Below, in pieces: positions 21,001-30,306 of a stretch of DNA of 64,000 nt; the first letter of the stretch is position 1, and every line of letters starts with the position of its first letter. The stretch covers positions 14,333 through 78,332 of the forward strand of contig CAZVYY010000014.1 of NCBI GenBank assembly GCA_964630775.1, written 5' to 3'. The notes below the pieces were generated by a model. The model did not search any database, was not told the DNA's origin, and was given only the letters and a program-made list of their open reading frames with translations. Source of the stretch: an uncultured Pirellulales bacterium (GTDB lineage Bacteria > Planctomycetota > Phycisphaerae > Sedimentisphaerales > Anaerohalosphaeraceae). The position numbers and the translations under genes are program-made.

Positions 21001-21343
21001 CAGCCTCCCGGACGGCATGTTTGAACAATTCCCGCCATGCATCGGACATATACACCGGGCCTTCGGGGACCTGCTGATTACCCCGCTGTTCGGCCCCGCC
21101 GGCATCGAATATCAGGGCACCGCTGAAGCCTTTGGCCTTCATTTCCTCCAGGTCGCGGGTAATCGCCTGCTTAGTTACATTGCCGTTAAGCCACCACCAG
21201 AAACAGCGAATTCCAAAACGGCTGTCCGGCCGGGCAAATCCTGCCTCCAGACTCTCCGCCCCCCCCAAACATGGCCCGGTCAGGACAAAAAACATCGTCA
21301 TTACCGCAACAATCCCACAATATCCTTTTTCATGTATCATCAT
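18017..21343 (-). CDS. Secreted glycoside hydrolase, GH106-like, with inserted F5/8 type C (discoidin) module
   Basis: It is a paralogue of 3465..7007 (FGIRCFWWWLNGNVTKQAITRDLEEMKAKGFSGALIFD). The discoidin-like insert reads AALAIDGNIETFWVSEG...WLEVRFAEPTILSGITIQ. The same C-terminal galactose-binding-like domain is present. The start was trimmed to ATGATG at 21343, which is preceded by AAGAGG. Confidence 0.75.
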   Translation of the reverse strand: MMIHEKGYCGIVAVMTMFFVLTGPCLGGAESLEAGFARPDSRFGIRCFWWWLNGNVTKQAITRDLEEMKAKGFSGALIFDAGGAEQRGNQQVPEGPVYMSDAWRELFKHAVREADRLGLELSLCIQSGWNLGGPMITPDYAAKMLTWSEQMISGPQKVNLKLAEPKKRSNYYRDIAILAYPVKKASVRGKTEIRSSSAQPEYPAALAIDGNIETFWVSEGTSAGQGPSAQKPQWLEVRFAEPTILSGITIQGRPGYGPKACQLQASSDGVVFNLLGSMTLDDGKKTSKPFTPSACTLFRLLITDAYDPHASQSPRNVQIAEIHFVGKDNQPVSVSPALQSRPLRDLALKAMFQELGMSAPDCRFLLEEEAVESEPDVLAGQILDLTDKMDSQGNLQWDCPAGDWVVLRFGYTVNGAEVSTYSGQWKGLVIDYMDPEALRFYWRQAVEPLLNDIRPLAGKTLKYLHTDSWECGGSNWTPNLRRQFQAYRGYDLLPYLPVIAGKIVGSRDLSNRFLADFRKTLGDCVADHYQLFAELSHKYNMGIHPESGGPHAGPFDAIKCLGRNDMMMGEFWAPSPHRPRPEQRFFVKQSSSAAHIYGKKLVGAESFTTIGPHWDDVLWKAQKPSFDHEICSGLNLAFVHTFTCSPESMGFPGQEYFAGTHFNPQVTWWNEAEGFISYMTRCQYLVQQGQFVADVLYYYGDHVPNLMPLKESDPAGVLPGYDYDVINEEALLNFASVEQGQIVLKSGVRYRLLVLPNHKVLSLAVLKKVKDLVEQGGIVLGPRPQKTASLVGYPASDTEFKTLTDQLWGSSADAAGSNTFGKGKILWGKTARQVLLEQKLRPDFETDLPSLTIDYIHYIIQGRDVYFVCNQQEKELDVQCTFRVAGRQPELWNPLTGQRQMASAFQQHDGRTTIPLRFAPNGSQIIVFNQAIPQTQSGPAQANFPDYQPVMEIPGPWTVRFDTRWGGPEEIIFDDLMSWKSHPQQGIQDYSGKAVYRKGFTIDRLDSSTSYLLDLGRVEDSGIARVILNGTDLGVVWTSPFRVDVTKALKSGTNTVEIAVVNSWRNRLLADEKLPKEKRLTNTNIQVKPDWKPADSGLLGPVKILQQQ

Positions 21344-21653
21344 GACCTCTTTTGAACCGGTTGTTTTATCTATCTTAGTATAGATAATGTTGGCACACAC
21401 AAAAATTAGACATATTTTTTTTCGTTTTGCAGTTTTTTATGAAATTACTGAACACTCGACAAAATATGAACAAAATAGTGCAAAATAAGTCACTTTATCT
21501 CTGTTCAAAAACAAAAAAATACATTGATAATTTTACCCAATTCAGACAATATGGTGACCCAGACAGATACAGAGCATACACAAGGCCTGTACCTGCACTG
21601 TTCTTTGAACCGAGTACACTGAACGATACCAAAAATATCAACCGGGAGTATTT

Positions 21654-22823
21654 ATGAAAGAAACCATGACATCACGTCAGCGGGTTGTAGAAGCCTTAAA
21701 TCATCACACCCCAGACCGCGTCCCGATTGACCTTGGCGGCTTCCAGACGGGCATCCATAAAAAAGCCTACGAAGAGCTGATTGCTTATCTGGGTCTCAAA
21801 GAAGATATTGCGATTCTGGACCCTGTGCAGCAGCTTGCCAAACCCAGCGAAGCCATCTTACAGCGCTTCCATGTGGATACCCGCTATATCACAACCAAAG
21901 GGCCGGACAGCTTTAAAGGCGGTATCGTCAAAAATACCCGTGATGGCCGCGTCTGGCATGACCTGAAAGATGAGTTTGGCGTCGTCTGGTCGATGCCGGA
22001 CGACCAGCCTCTATATATGGATATCTCTCATCACCCGCTGGCCAAAGCAACGCGTGAAGACATTAAAAGTTATCCCTTCCCAAACGGCAGAGATCCGACC
22101 CGATTTACCGGTGTCCGCGAGAAAGCACTGAAGCTGCGAAAAGAAACACCCTACGCCATCAGTACCGGCATCGGCGGGGTTGTCTATGAATACTGCTGGT
22201 ATATGCGGGGGCTGGAGCAATGGTTTGTCGATATGATTGAAAATCCGGCCTTCTGCGAGGCCCTGATCGACCAGACTTGTCAGTTCTGGATGGATTATTA
22301 CACAGGCTATATGAAGGAAGTCGGAGATATTGTTGATGTAATTATGATCGGAGATGACCTGGCCGGGCAATACGGCCCCCTGTTTGCCCCGGACTTTTAC
22401 AGGAAAGTCGTCAAGCCCCGCCAGAAGGCGCTGGTTCAGCACATCAAGTCACTGACCAAAGCCAAAATCTGGTACCATACCTGCGGCGGCTGCAAAGTGT
22501 ATATCCCGGAATTGCTGGATAATGGCGTCGATATTCTTAACCCCGTTCAGACCAGTGCCGAAGGGATGGACCCGGCCGTTCTGAAGAAAGAATTCGGGGC
22601 CAAGATGGTCTTCTGGGGCGGCGGCATTGATTCCCAGCATATCCTCCCCTTTGCCAGCCCGGCCGCCATTCGCAACGAAGTCCGCAAAAACATGGAGATA
22701 TTCAAGACCGGCGGAGGTTATATCTTCAATAATATCCATAATATCCAGGCCGGGGTACCTGCCGAAAATATTGTCGCGATGTATGATGCCGCCTATGAAT
22801 TTGGGTTCTATAACAACAAGTAG
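21654..22823 (+). CDS. Uroporphyrinogen-decarboxylase (URO-D) family protein, MtaA/CmuA-like
   Basis: 389 aa. The N-terminus MTSRQRVVEALNHHTPDRVPIDLGG and the C-terminal TIM-barrel blocks (IWYHTCGG...LNPVQTSAEGMDP..LKKEFG.KMVFWGGGIDSQ) are typical of the non-HemE branch of the URO-D superfamily. Confidence 0.75.
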   Translation: MKETMTSRQRVVEALNHHTPDRVPIDLGGFQTGIHKKAYEELIAYLGLKEDIAILDPVQQLAKPSEAILQRFHVDTRYITTKGPDSFKGGIVKNTRDGRVWHDLKDEFGVVWSMPDDQPLYMDISHHPLAKATREDIKSYPFPNGRDPTRFTGVREKALKLRKETPYAISTGIGGVVYEYCWYMRGLEQWFVDMIENPAFCEALIDQTCQFWMDYYTGYMKEVGDIVDVIMIGDDLAGQYGPLFAPDFYRKVVKPRQKALVQHIKSLTKAKIWYHTCGGCKVYIPELLDNGVDILNPVQTSAEGMDPAVLKKEFGAKMVFWGGGIDSQHILPFASPAAIRNEVRKNMEIFKTGGGYIFNNIHNIQAGVPAENIVAMYDAAYEFGFYNNK

Positions 22824-22907
22824 GAGTAATTTGCCACTGTACAATAAGCAGTGCTTATGGTAAGATACCATCCCGTTGTTAACTCTATACTCAATGGATG
22901 GTAAATT

Positions 22908-24614
22908 ATGGCAGAACAAGACAATATGAACACAAACAACGGGATGCCGGAGCGAATCGACTTCATCCGGCAAATCGTTATCGACGACAATAAAACCGGC
23001 AAATGGGACAATCGGGTTCACACCCGCTTTCCACCTGAACCCAATGGCTATCTTCATATCGGCCACGCCAAGAGCATCTGTCTGAATTTCGGCATTGCGG
23101 CCGAGTTTGGCGGCAAATGCAATCTGCGATTTGACGACACAAATCCCTCCAAAGAAGAGCAGGAATATGTAGATTCCATCATCTACGATGTCAAATGGCT
23201 CGGCTGGGACTGGCAGGATCGGCTGTTTTTCGCCTCCGACTACTTCGAGCAGATGTATCAATGGGCACTGGATTTGATCCGCAAGGGCGTGGCGTATGTC
23301 TGCGACCTCAATGGTGACCAGGTTCGTGAACATCGCGGCACGCTGACCCAGCCCGGCAAGGAAAGCCCCTACCGCAACCGCAGCGTTCAGGAGAATCTGG
23401 ACCTGTTTGAGCGGATGCGAAAAGGCGAATTTCCGGATGGTTCCCGGACATTGCGTGCCAAAATCGACATGGCCCATCCCAATCTGAACATGCGTGACCC
23501 GATCATGTACCGGATTATGCACACCAGCCACCACCGCACCGGCGATGCCTGGTGCATTTACCCCACCTACGACTGGTCGCACGGATTGGAAGACTCCATC
23601 GAAGGCATCACGCATTCGATTTGCACACTGGAATTCGAAAACCACCGGCCGCTGTACGACTGGTTCCTTGACCAACTGGGCATCTATCACCCCCAGCAGA
23701 TTGAATTTGCCCGGCTGAACCTGACTTACACCGTCATGAGCAAACGCAAGCTGCTGCAATTAGTCAAGGACAACTATGTCAACGGCTGGGATGATCCGCG
23801 TATGCCCACCATTTCCGGAATGCGGCGTCGCGGCTTCAGTCCCTCGGGCATCCGGTCCTTCGCCAAAGTTATCGGCGTCAACAAAACCAACAGCACCGTC
23901 GATGTCGCCCTGCTGGAGCACTGCATCCGCGAAGACCTGAATAAGACGTCTCCGCGTGTAATGGCCGTGCTGAAACCGCTTAAGGTCGTTATCACCAATT
24001 ATCCGGACGGCCAGGTGGAATGGATGGATGCGGTCAATAATCCCGAAGATCCGTCGGCGGGAACCCGCAAGGTGCCCTTCTCGAAGGTCGTTTATATCGA
24101 GCAGGACGACTTCATGGAAAATCCGCCGAGCAAGTTTTTCCGCCTGTCGCCGGGCAAGGAAGTCCGTCTGCGGTATGCCTATTTCATCAAATGCGAAAAG
24201 GCCGTCAAAGATGCTGCGGGTAATATTGTCGAATTGCACTGCACCTACGATCCTGCCACACGCGGCGGCGATTCGCCGGATGGCCGCAAGGTCAAGGCAA
24301 CCCTCCACTGGGTCGCGGATTCCAATGCCCTCGATGCAGAAATCCGGCTCTATAGCCATTTGTTTACCAGGGAAAATCCGGAAGATACACCCGAAGGCGA
24401 ACATTTTACGACCAATCTGAATCCGGATTCGCTGCAGGTTCTGACCGGCTGCAAAATCGAGCCGCACGTAAAAGACACCAAGGCCCTCGACCGCTGGCAG
24501 TTTGAGCGAATGGGCTATTTCTGTACAGACCCCGACAGCCGCAACGGCAAACTGGTCTTTAACCGAACCCTGACCCTAAAAGACACCTGGGCCAAGATCC
24601 AGCAGAAAGGGTAA
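22908..24614 (+). CDS. glnS: Glutamine--tRNA ligase
   Basis: The HIGH motif ([17 protein letters not shown]) and KMSKS-type motif (VMSKRKL) are present. Size and the C-terminal anticodon-binding beta-barrels fit GlnRS. Confidence 0.95.
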   Translation: MAEQDNMNTNNGMPERIDFIRQIVIDDNKTGKWDNRVHTRFPPEPNGYLHIGHAKSICLNFGIAAEFGGKCNLRFDDTNPSKEEQEYVDSIIYDVKWLGWDWQDRLFFASDYFEQMYQWALDLIRKGVAYVCDLNGDQVREHRGTLTQPGKESPYRNRSVQENLDLFERMRKGEFPDGSRTLRAKIDMAHPNLNMRDPIMYRIMHTSHHRTGDAWCIYPTYDWSHGLEDSIEGITHSICTLEFENHRPLYDWFLDQLGIYHPQQIEFARLNLTYTVMSKRKLLQLVKDNYVNGWDDPRMPTISGMRRRGFSPSGIRSFAKVIGVNKTNSTVDVALLEHCIREDLNKTSPRVMAVLKPLKVVITNYPDGQVEWMDAVNNPEDPSAGTRKVPFSKVVYIEQDDFMENPPSKFFRLSPGKEVRLRYAYFIKCEKAVKDAAGNIVELHCTYDPATRGGDSPDGRKVKATLHWVADSNALDAEIRLYSHLFTRENPEDTPEGEHFTTNLNPDSLQVLTGCKIEPHVKDTKALDRWQFERMGYFCTDPDSRNGKLVFNRTLTLKDTWAKIQQKG

Positions 24615-24634
24615 AACTCTCCAAATAGTCATAA

Positions 24635-24681
24635 ACCGCTGCAATTAATCGAACTACAGGTTAATTGCAGCGGTTTTTTGT
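24635..24681 (+). terminator. Intrinsic terminator downstream of glnS
   Basis: ACCGCTGCAATTAA / TTAATTGCAGCGGT form a 14-bp perfect stem with a 12-nt loop, followed by TTTTTT. Confidence 0.85.
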
Positions 24682-24888
24682 ATATTCTTTTTGAATAAAT
24701 TTAAAACAAAGTTATACGCTGTATAAATCATCTCCTGTCTTTTTATAAACTTTTCCTATATATTGACTTTCCGAGTCCATTTTGCTATTTTAACAGTAGG
24801 GAATGAACTTTTACAGGGAAGGTGCTGGAAATCCATCTAAGCTACCTAACGGCATACGCATCTATGTTGACAAAAAGATGGAATAAAG

Positions 24889-26469
24889 ATGAATTTCGGG
24901 AGACGCAGGATGAAGATAATGCCGGTCCTTATTTGTTTCAGCATTGCCGCAGTTTGTGCCGCTATTCCGGCCTTCCCCGGGGCCGAAGGATATGGTGCCG
25001 TCGCCACAGGCGGCCGGGGCGGTGTAGTCTATGAGGTCACTAACCTGAACGATTCCGGCGCCGGCTCCCTGCGGGACGCCCTCAATCACAACACCCCGCG
25101 CACCATCGTATTTCGCGTCTCAGGAACCATCCACCTCAAGTCCAATTTAAGCCTCAAATACGGCAATGTGACCATCGCGGGCCAGACCGCCCCCGGCGAT
25201 GGCATCTGCATCGCCAACGGCAGTCTGTATGCGGGCTATGACAACGTCATTATCCGCTATATTCGCTGCCGCCTGGGGGACCAGTGGCCCGATGGGACCG
25301 AAAACGGCGACGATGACGCCACATGGGGCCGCTATGGCGACAGAATCATCCTGGACCATGTCACGGCAAGCTGGTCGGTGGATGAAGCCTTCTCTTATTA
25401 TGTCAATACCAACTTCACCGCCCAGTGGTGCCTGATATCAGAGAGCCTCCGCTATTCGCATCATGAAAAAGGCGCCCACGGCTACGGCGGCATCTGGGGC
25501 GGTACCAACAGCTCATGGCACCACAACCTGCTGGCCCATCACAGTTCGCGGAATCCGCGGATCGAAGGCGATATCGCCAACAATGTTGACCTGTGCAATA
25601 ATGTCATTTACAACTGGGGATTCAATAGCTGTTATGGAGGCGAAAAAGCCACCGTGAATATCGTCAACTGCTACTATAAATACGGCCCCGCAACCGACTC
25701 CGGCAAACGCTACTGGATCGTCAATCCGAGCTATACCACCGATTCTGTTTCCGGCGCTCGTGTTTATGGTCTATGGTACATCGCAGGCAACTACGTACAC
25801 GGCTATCCGGCCATCACGGCGGATAACTGGAATGGCGGCGTTCAGCCTCAGGGCGGCACGGGAGATATCCCCTTATGCAAATCAACGACACCTTTCCCAG
25901 TGGCCGCGACGTATCCGGTTACAGTGCAGACAGCAATGGAAGCCTATAATGACGTTCTGAATGACGCCGGTTGCAGCCTGGTCCGAGATTCCGTCGATAC
26001 CCGCATCATCAGCGAAGTGCGAACCGGCACAGCCACCTACGGCGGACAGACCGGTGCCAACAAGGGGATTATTGACTCCCAGACGACCGTCGGCGGATGG
26101 CCGACACTGAATTCATTGCCGGCTCTTGACGACAGCGATCACGACGGGATGCCCGATGTGTGGGAAAGTCCGCGGGGACTGAATCCGAACCAGCCCGCAG
26201 ACCGCAACGGCGACCGGGATGGAGACGGCTATACCAATCTGGAAGAATATCTCAACTGGCTGGTCACGCCCGCCGCCAGGGCCGACATCAACCGCAACTG
26301 CATGATTGATCTTGACGACTTCCATATCCTGGCCGCGTCGTGGATAAGTCAATCGGACAGCCCCAACTGGAATCCGGCCTGTGATATCGCCAGACCCGCC
26401 GATGGTATCGTCAATACCGCTGACTTAGTCATCCTCGTTGATAACTGGCTGTGGCCAAATGAATGGTAA
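24889..26469 (+). CDS. Pectate lyase (PL1-like) with Ca-binding TSP3-like repeats and double dockerin-like C-terminus
   Basis: It has a signal peptide. The PL1-type blocks are FPGAEGYGAVATGGRGGVVYEVTNLNDSGAGSLRDAL, ILDHVTASWSVDEAFS and HHSSRNPRI. The Ca-binding repeats are DDSDHDGMPDVWE and DRDGDGYTNLEEY. The C-terminus reads NCMIDLDDFHILAASWI...GIVNTADLVILVDNWL. Confidence 0.85.
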   Translation: MNFGRRRMKIMPVLICFSIAAVCAAIPAFPGAEGYGAVATGGRGGVVYEVTNLNDSGAGSLRDALNHNTPRTIVFRVSGTIHLKSNLSLKYGNVTIAGQTAPGDGICIANGSLYAGYDNVIIRYIRCRLGDQWPDGTENGDDDATWGRYGDRIILDHVTASWSVDEAFSYYVNTNFTAQWCLISESLRYSHHEKGAHGYGGIWGGTNSSWHHNLLAHHSSRNPRIEGDIANNVDLCNNVIYNWGFNSCYGGEKATVNIVNCYYKYGPATDSGKRYWIVNPSYTTDSVSGARVYGLWYIAGNYVHGYPAITADNWNGGVQPQGGTGDIPLCKSTTPFPVAATYPVTVQTAMEAYNDVLNDAGCSLVRDSVDTRIISEVRTGTATYGGQTGANKGIIDSQTTVGGWPTLNSLPALDDSDHDGMPDVWESPRGLNPNQPADRNGDRDGDGYTNLEEYLNWLVTPAARADINRNCMIDLDDFHILAASWISQSDSPNWNPACDIARPADGIVNTADLVILVDNWLWPNEW

Positions 26470-26490
26470 TTTCTGCTGCTGGACTCTTCG

Positions 26491-27798
26491 TCATTGAACG
26501 CTGATATAGATCGGAGCACCAGAAACAGGCACTGCTGCCCTGCCCTCAGCAATTTTAACCTCGATGGCCTCGGCTTTACCCTCGGTCAGCGGCATGCGTT
26601 GGGCACCTGATATTTTTTCCTGTCCTATGGGAAAAGTAATTTCAGCAGTCTTGTCTGTTCCGCAGGGAATCCACGCCGCATAGATCTTACTCGCCTGTCC
26701 TTGGGCAGTCTGCCCACGCGTATATTCATAGACGTATGCTTCCGACGTCTCCATCACCTTGCGAGAAAACCGATACTCACCCAGCGTTGCATATAAATGC
26801 GCCACCGCCCAGAAAGAGGGCTTGGGCTGATAATTTCGCGTCAGCCCCGCTGCCCCATGCACCTGAGGCTTGTCATCATCGTTAAACCAGAACATATAAG
26901 CCCGGTCCAAATCCATCGCCGAAAACACCAGCCACGAACGAACCAGATAGCGAGCCTGTTCAGTCTCGGTAGAACCTTTCCAGTCCTTGAATGTGCCTTC
27001 CGCCGGGGCCGGCTTGGTCGAGGCATCCCAGCCGAATTCCGTCAGCCAGACTTCCTTGCCGACGGCGTTCCGGTTTCGCCAGTCGATAACCGCCTGGATA
27101 TCCTTGAGATAGACAATACTCGAATCTTCCGGAAACGACCGCTCCCACGTCGGCCAGCCCTTGACCTCCGCATAACTGTGCACATTGATTACATCGTACA
27201 GACTTTCCAGCCCCTTGACGCAGGACAGGCTCTTGGCATATTTATGGCTGTCTCCGGCAATCGCCGCACAGGTCGCAATCTTCATCTGACTGTCGCCGGC
27301 ACGGATACCCCTGGCCATCGCTTCGAAAATGAGCCGATACTGCGGATCGGTATAATGCCCCGGCTCGTTGCCGATTTCCACGGAAGTCACCAGATTCCGT
27401 CCCTGCGGCCCGAAAAACCGTGCGAATGCAAAGCCGTAGGTCTCGGCATCCCGTGCGGGATTCTTCCATTTTTCGTATGGCGTGGCGCCGAACATAATGC
27501 TGGCGCTGATTTCGTAGCCGGACTGCACCCATTGGCCGTACATCGTCCCCCAATCCACCCGATTGCGTGCAAAGGGAAATACCGGCCAGAAATTGGTCTC
27601 GTCCCCCAGATCCCACTCCAGCCCGTGATAATCCCGCACCAGCCGGCAGACCGGTTTATAAAGCTCAGGCTTGAACTGGACCGTATGGACGCACATCCCC
27701 ATAAAATCCTTCATCAGCGGCTTGGCTTTCTGCGCCTCGGCGGCAAAGCACGGACCCGCCGCAATTGCCATTCCAACCCATACAAGCCATCGTTTCAT
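26491..27798 (-). CDS. Secreted clan GH-A (TIM-barrel) glycoside hydrolase
   Basis: It has a signal peptide (MKRWLVWVGMAIAAGPCFAAEA). The candidate acid/base is in VEIGNEPGHY and the candidate nucleophile in KEVWLTEFGWD. The GH family could not be assigned by eye. Confidence 0.7.
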   Translation of the reverse strand: MKRWLVWVGMAIAAGPCFAAEAQKAKPLMKDFMGMCVHTVQFKPELYKPVCRLVRDYHGLEWDLGDETNFWPVFPFARNRVDWGTMYGQWVQSGYEISASIMFGATPYEKWKNPARDAETYGFAFARFFGPQGRNLVTSVEIGNEPGHYTDPQYRLIFEAMARGIRAGDSQMKIATCAAIAGDSHKYAKSLSCVKGLESLYDVINVHSYAEVKGWPTWERSFPEDSSIVYLKDIQAVIDWRNRNAVGKEVWLTEFGWDASTKPAPAEGTFKDWKGSTETEQARYLVRSWLVFSAMDLDRAYMFWFNDDDKPQVHGAAGLTRNYQPKPSFWAVAHLYATLGEYRFSRKVMETSEAYVYEYTRGQTAQGQASKIYAAWIPCGTDKTAEITFPIGQEKISGAQRMPLTEGKAEAIEVKIAEGRAAVPVSGAPIYISVQ

Positions 27799-27828
27799 CT
27801 TTCAACCCCTTTCACATATCAAAATAGG

Positions 27829-28635
27829 TTATCGCGGTTTGACCAGCAGCAGATTCCAGATTGCCAGTACAAGAATCACAATAAACAGGACTCGTACCAC
27901 ATTGCGCGGCAATCGATGCATCAGATGGCCGCCGATATACCCGCCAATCAGGCCGGTGGGAATCACCCAGATTGCAATCTTCAAAGATTCAGTCACCGCA
28001 ATCCCGTGCTCCGGCAGCGTCCAGTTCTTATAAATCGCCCCAATCCACGAAATTCCAACAATGATTGCAGCGGAATTACTCATGGCCCGTCGAATCGGCA
28101 GTTTCAGAATGACCTGCTGCAGCGGTGTAGAAATCGTCCCAGCACCAATACCAAGGACTCCTGCCCCGATTCCCGTAATAAGCCCAATCACCGCCGACCA
28201 GAGCGGATAGCCTTTGGGCAGGTGTGCCACAGCGTCATCATGCGTCGGTCGGGCGGGCTGAAACAACCGCCAGCAATTGTAAATCAGTACATAAATCAGA
28301 AAGACACCAAAACATCGAGCCAGCCAGACGCTGTTGCGGCCTTCAAAAAAGGAAACATTACTGATTGCCACACCCAGCAGAATGCCCATAACCGCCATGG
28401 GAATCAGAGATTTCAAAATTGGTTTGACTAAGGCCTGTGACTTCCAATGCGGCACCAGCGAAGAAATCCCCACGACAAAATTGCAGATCATCGCCGCCGC
28501 CTGATAGAGATGCTGATTTTCGCCGAAAACCATCACCAGTGCGGGAATCATAATCGTCGAACCGCCCAATCCCAGAAGCCCGCCAAACAGCCCCATCGCA
28601 AGACCTGTCAACAATAATTGAATGATTTCCAGCAT
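27829..28635 (-). CDS. TauE/SafE family sulfite/anion exporter-like membrane protein
   Basis: 268 aa and polytopic. The repeated G-rich helices (GLFGGLLGLGGSTIMIPAL, and GIGAGVLGIGAGTISTPLL) are typical of the family. Confidence 0.8.
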   Translation of the reverse strand: MLEIIQLLLTGLAMGLFGGLLGLGGSTIMIPALVMVFGENQHLYQAAAMICNFVVGISSLVPHWKSQALVKPILKSLIPMAVMGILLGVAISNVSFFEGRNSVWLARCFGVFLIYVLIYNCWRLFQPARPTHDDAVAHLPKGYPLWSAVIGLITGIGAGVLGIGAGTISTPLQQVILKLPIRRAMSNSAAIIVGISWIGAIYKNWTLPEHGIAVTESLKIAIWVIPTGLIGGYIGGHLMHRLPRNVVRVLFIVILVLAIWNLLLVKPR

Positions 28636-28671
28636 AGTTTTGACTTGCGAGCGGATTACAGACTTACCTGC

Positions 28672-29484
28672 TTACCGCTCCGGCTCAAACAATTCCCGGA
28701 ACTTGTCTTCGATACTGTAGCTGGCACACAGGGTCTCCCCAATCAATACCGCCCCCACGCCGACATTGACCAGCTTTCGCACATCCTGACGCGTTTTGAT
28801 GCCGCTTTCGGAAACCAGTTCGCGTTTGTCGTCCACCAGCTCGGCCAGACGGCTGGTCGTATTCAAATCCACGGTCATCGTGTTCAAATCGCGGTTATTG
28901 ATACCCAGCAGCGTATAATGCTTTTGCGGAAATCCCACCATGCTGCGGACTTTCAGCAGCGTATCGGCCTCATGTGCCTCAATCAGCACCGACAGGGTCA
29001 GCTCATTGGCCAGAATCAGTAAATCCATCAAATGGCCCGCCGGCAGGGCCTCGGCAATGAGCAGAATCGCATCCGCACCGGCCGCCTTGGCTTCAAACAC
29101 CTGATACGGATCGACGATGAAATCCTTCCGCAAAACCGGAATCGACACGGCCTCTTTGACCGCTGTCAGATAGTCCAGCCTGCCCTGAAAATATTTTTCA
29201 TCGGTCAGGACGCTGATTGCATCCGCACCGCATTGTTCATACGTCCGGGCAATCGCCACCGGGTCAAAATCCGCCCGAATCACCCCCGCCGACGGCGAAG
29301 CCTTCTTCACCTCGGCAATGACATTCAGACCCCGCGGATGAGACTTGGTCACCGCCCGGTAAAAATTACGGCACTTCGGCGAGGCCATCGCCTTTTCACT
29401 GACCACCTCCAGCGGAATCTGCTGCTTGCGGAGCTGGACTTCCTGTACCTTGTCACGGATGATTTTGACCAAAATGGCACTCAT
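28672..29484 (-). CDS. trpC: Indole-3-glycerol phosphate synthase
   Basis: IAEVKKASPSAGVIR, ISVLTDEKYFQG, PVLRKDFIVDPYQV and INNRDL are TrpC signature blocks. No other trp genes are nearby. Confidence 0.92.
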   Translation of the reverse strand: MSAILVKIIRDKVQEVQLRKQQIPLEVVSEKAMASPKCRNFYRAVTKSHPRGLNVIAEVKKASPSAGVIRADFDPVAIARTYEQCGADAISVLTDEKYFQGRLDYLTAVKEAVSIPVLRKDFIVDPYQVFEAKAAGADAILLIAEALPAGHLMDLLILANELTLSVLIEAHEADTLLKVRSMVGFPQKHYTLLGINNRDLNTMTVDLNTTSRLAELVDDKRELVSESGIKTRQDVRKLVNVGVGAVLIGETLCASYSIEDKFRELFEPER

Positions 29485-30302
29485 GCGGGCTTGACTCCTG
29501 TTGCCTTGAAGAATGTATAGTTAAACACCCCATCCGCCTCGGCCGTACGGTACAGGTCGGCAACCGCCTGCTTCCAACTGGCCGAATCCATCATGCCGGA
29601 GGCGATGGCTTGTTTTTCCACCCCTTCGACCATCGCAGTAAAGGTGTTTTTGGTGAATCCCTCGACCCATTGCGGGCGAGACGAATCCACATAAATCACA
29701 CGCGGCGAAACCGTCACGTTTTCAAAACCAGCCCCTGCCAGAAGCGGATATAATCTTCGTCCAATCAGGGCATCTCCTCCTGCCGACGCCTGCAAATCCA
29801 CCAGGCACTGGATTGCCCGACGAGCAAAGGCACTTTCCGGATAAAAATAGGCACTGCCGTGGTCCCCTTCAATAGCGGTGATGGTTTTCCCCGGCTTGAC
29901 AACGCGTTTCAATTCCGCCAGGGCCTTGAGCGGTTGGGACAGATGCTCCAGCACAAAACAGACAAACACCGCATCAAATGTGTTGTCAGCAAACGGCAGA
30001 TGAAAAAGATCGGCCTGCTGAAATCGCACATTGCTAAAGCCAGCCGCCTGAACCGCTGTCTTTGCATGTTCAAGGGATGCCGGCGAAATATCCACTGACA
30101 GAAATGAAACTTTAGGGTTATTGCCTGCCAGAAAGACCGTCTGTGCCCCGACGCCGCAGCCCGCCTCCAGAACCAGCGAACCCTCGGGGTACCGCTGGTC
30201 ATGGTGCAGCAATTCGGCCAGCGTCGTCGCCTGATCCCCCAAACGCAGCGATTCCCGCTCTGAATACCCATGTACATAAGGTCTGGATGCTGCCATAATC
30301 AC
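29481..30302 (-). CDS. Class I SAM-dependent methyltransferase
   Basis: Motif I is VLEAGCGVGAQTVFLA and the post-I/II region is FDAVFVCFVLEHL. Its stop overlaps the trpC start by 4 nt. Confidence 0.85.
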   Translation of the reverse strand: MIMAASRPYVHGYSERESLRLGDQATTLAELLHHDQRYPEGSLVLEAGCGVGAQTVFLAGNNPKVSFLSVDISPASLEHAKTAVQAAGFSNVRFQQADLFHLPFADNTFDAVFVCFVLEHLSQPLKALAELKRVVKPGKTITAIEGDHGSAYFYPESAFARRAIQCLVDLQASAGGDALIGRRLYPLLAGAGFENVTVSPRVIYVDSSRPQWVEGFTKNTFTAMVEGVEKQAIASGMMDSASWKQAVADLYRTAEADGVFNYTFFKATGVKPA

Positions 30303-30306
30303 CTCA

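Noticed and set aside
21427-21657. 76-aa ORF in the AT-rich spacer between the second GH106-like gene and the UroD-family gene. Similar intergenic ORFs are 2953..3165, 3056..3334, 7047..7328, 24822..25034, 43519..43875 and 48615..48893.
   Set aside because: They have non-ATG or context-free starts, K/N/I-rich or otherwise random-looking sequence, and they overlap promoters, the tRNA or neighbouring gene starts. They are most likely non-coding.
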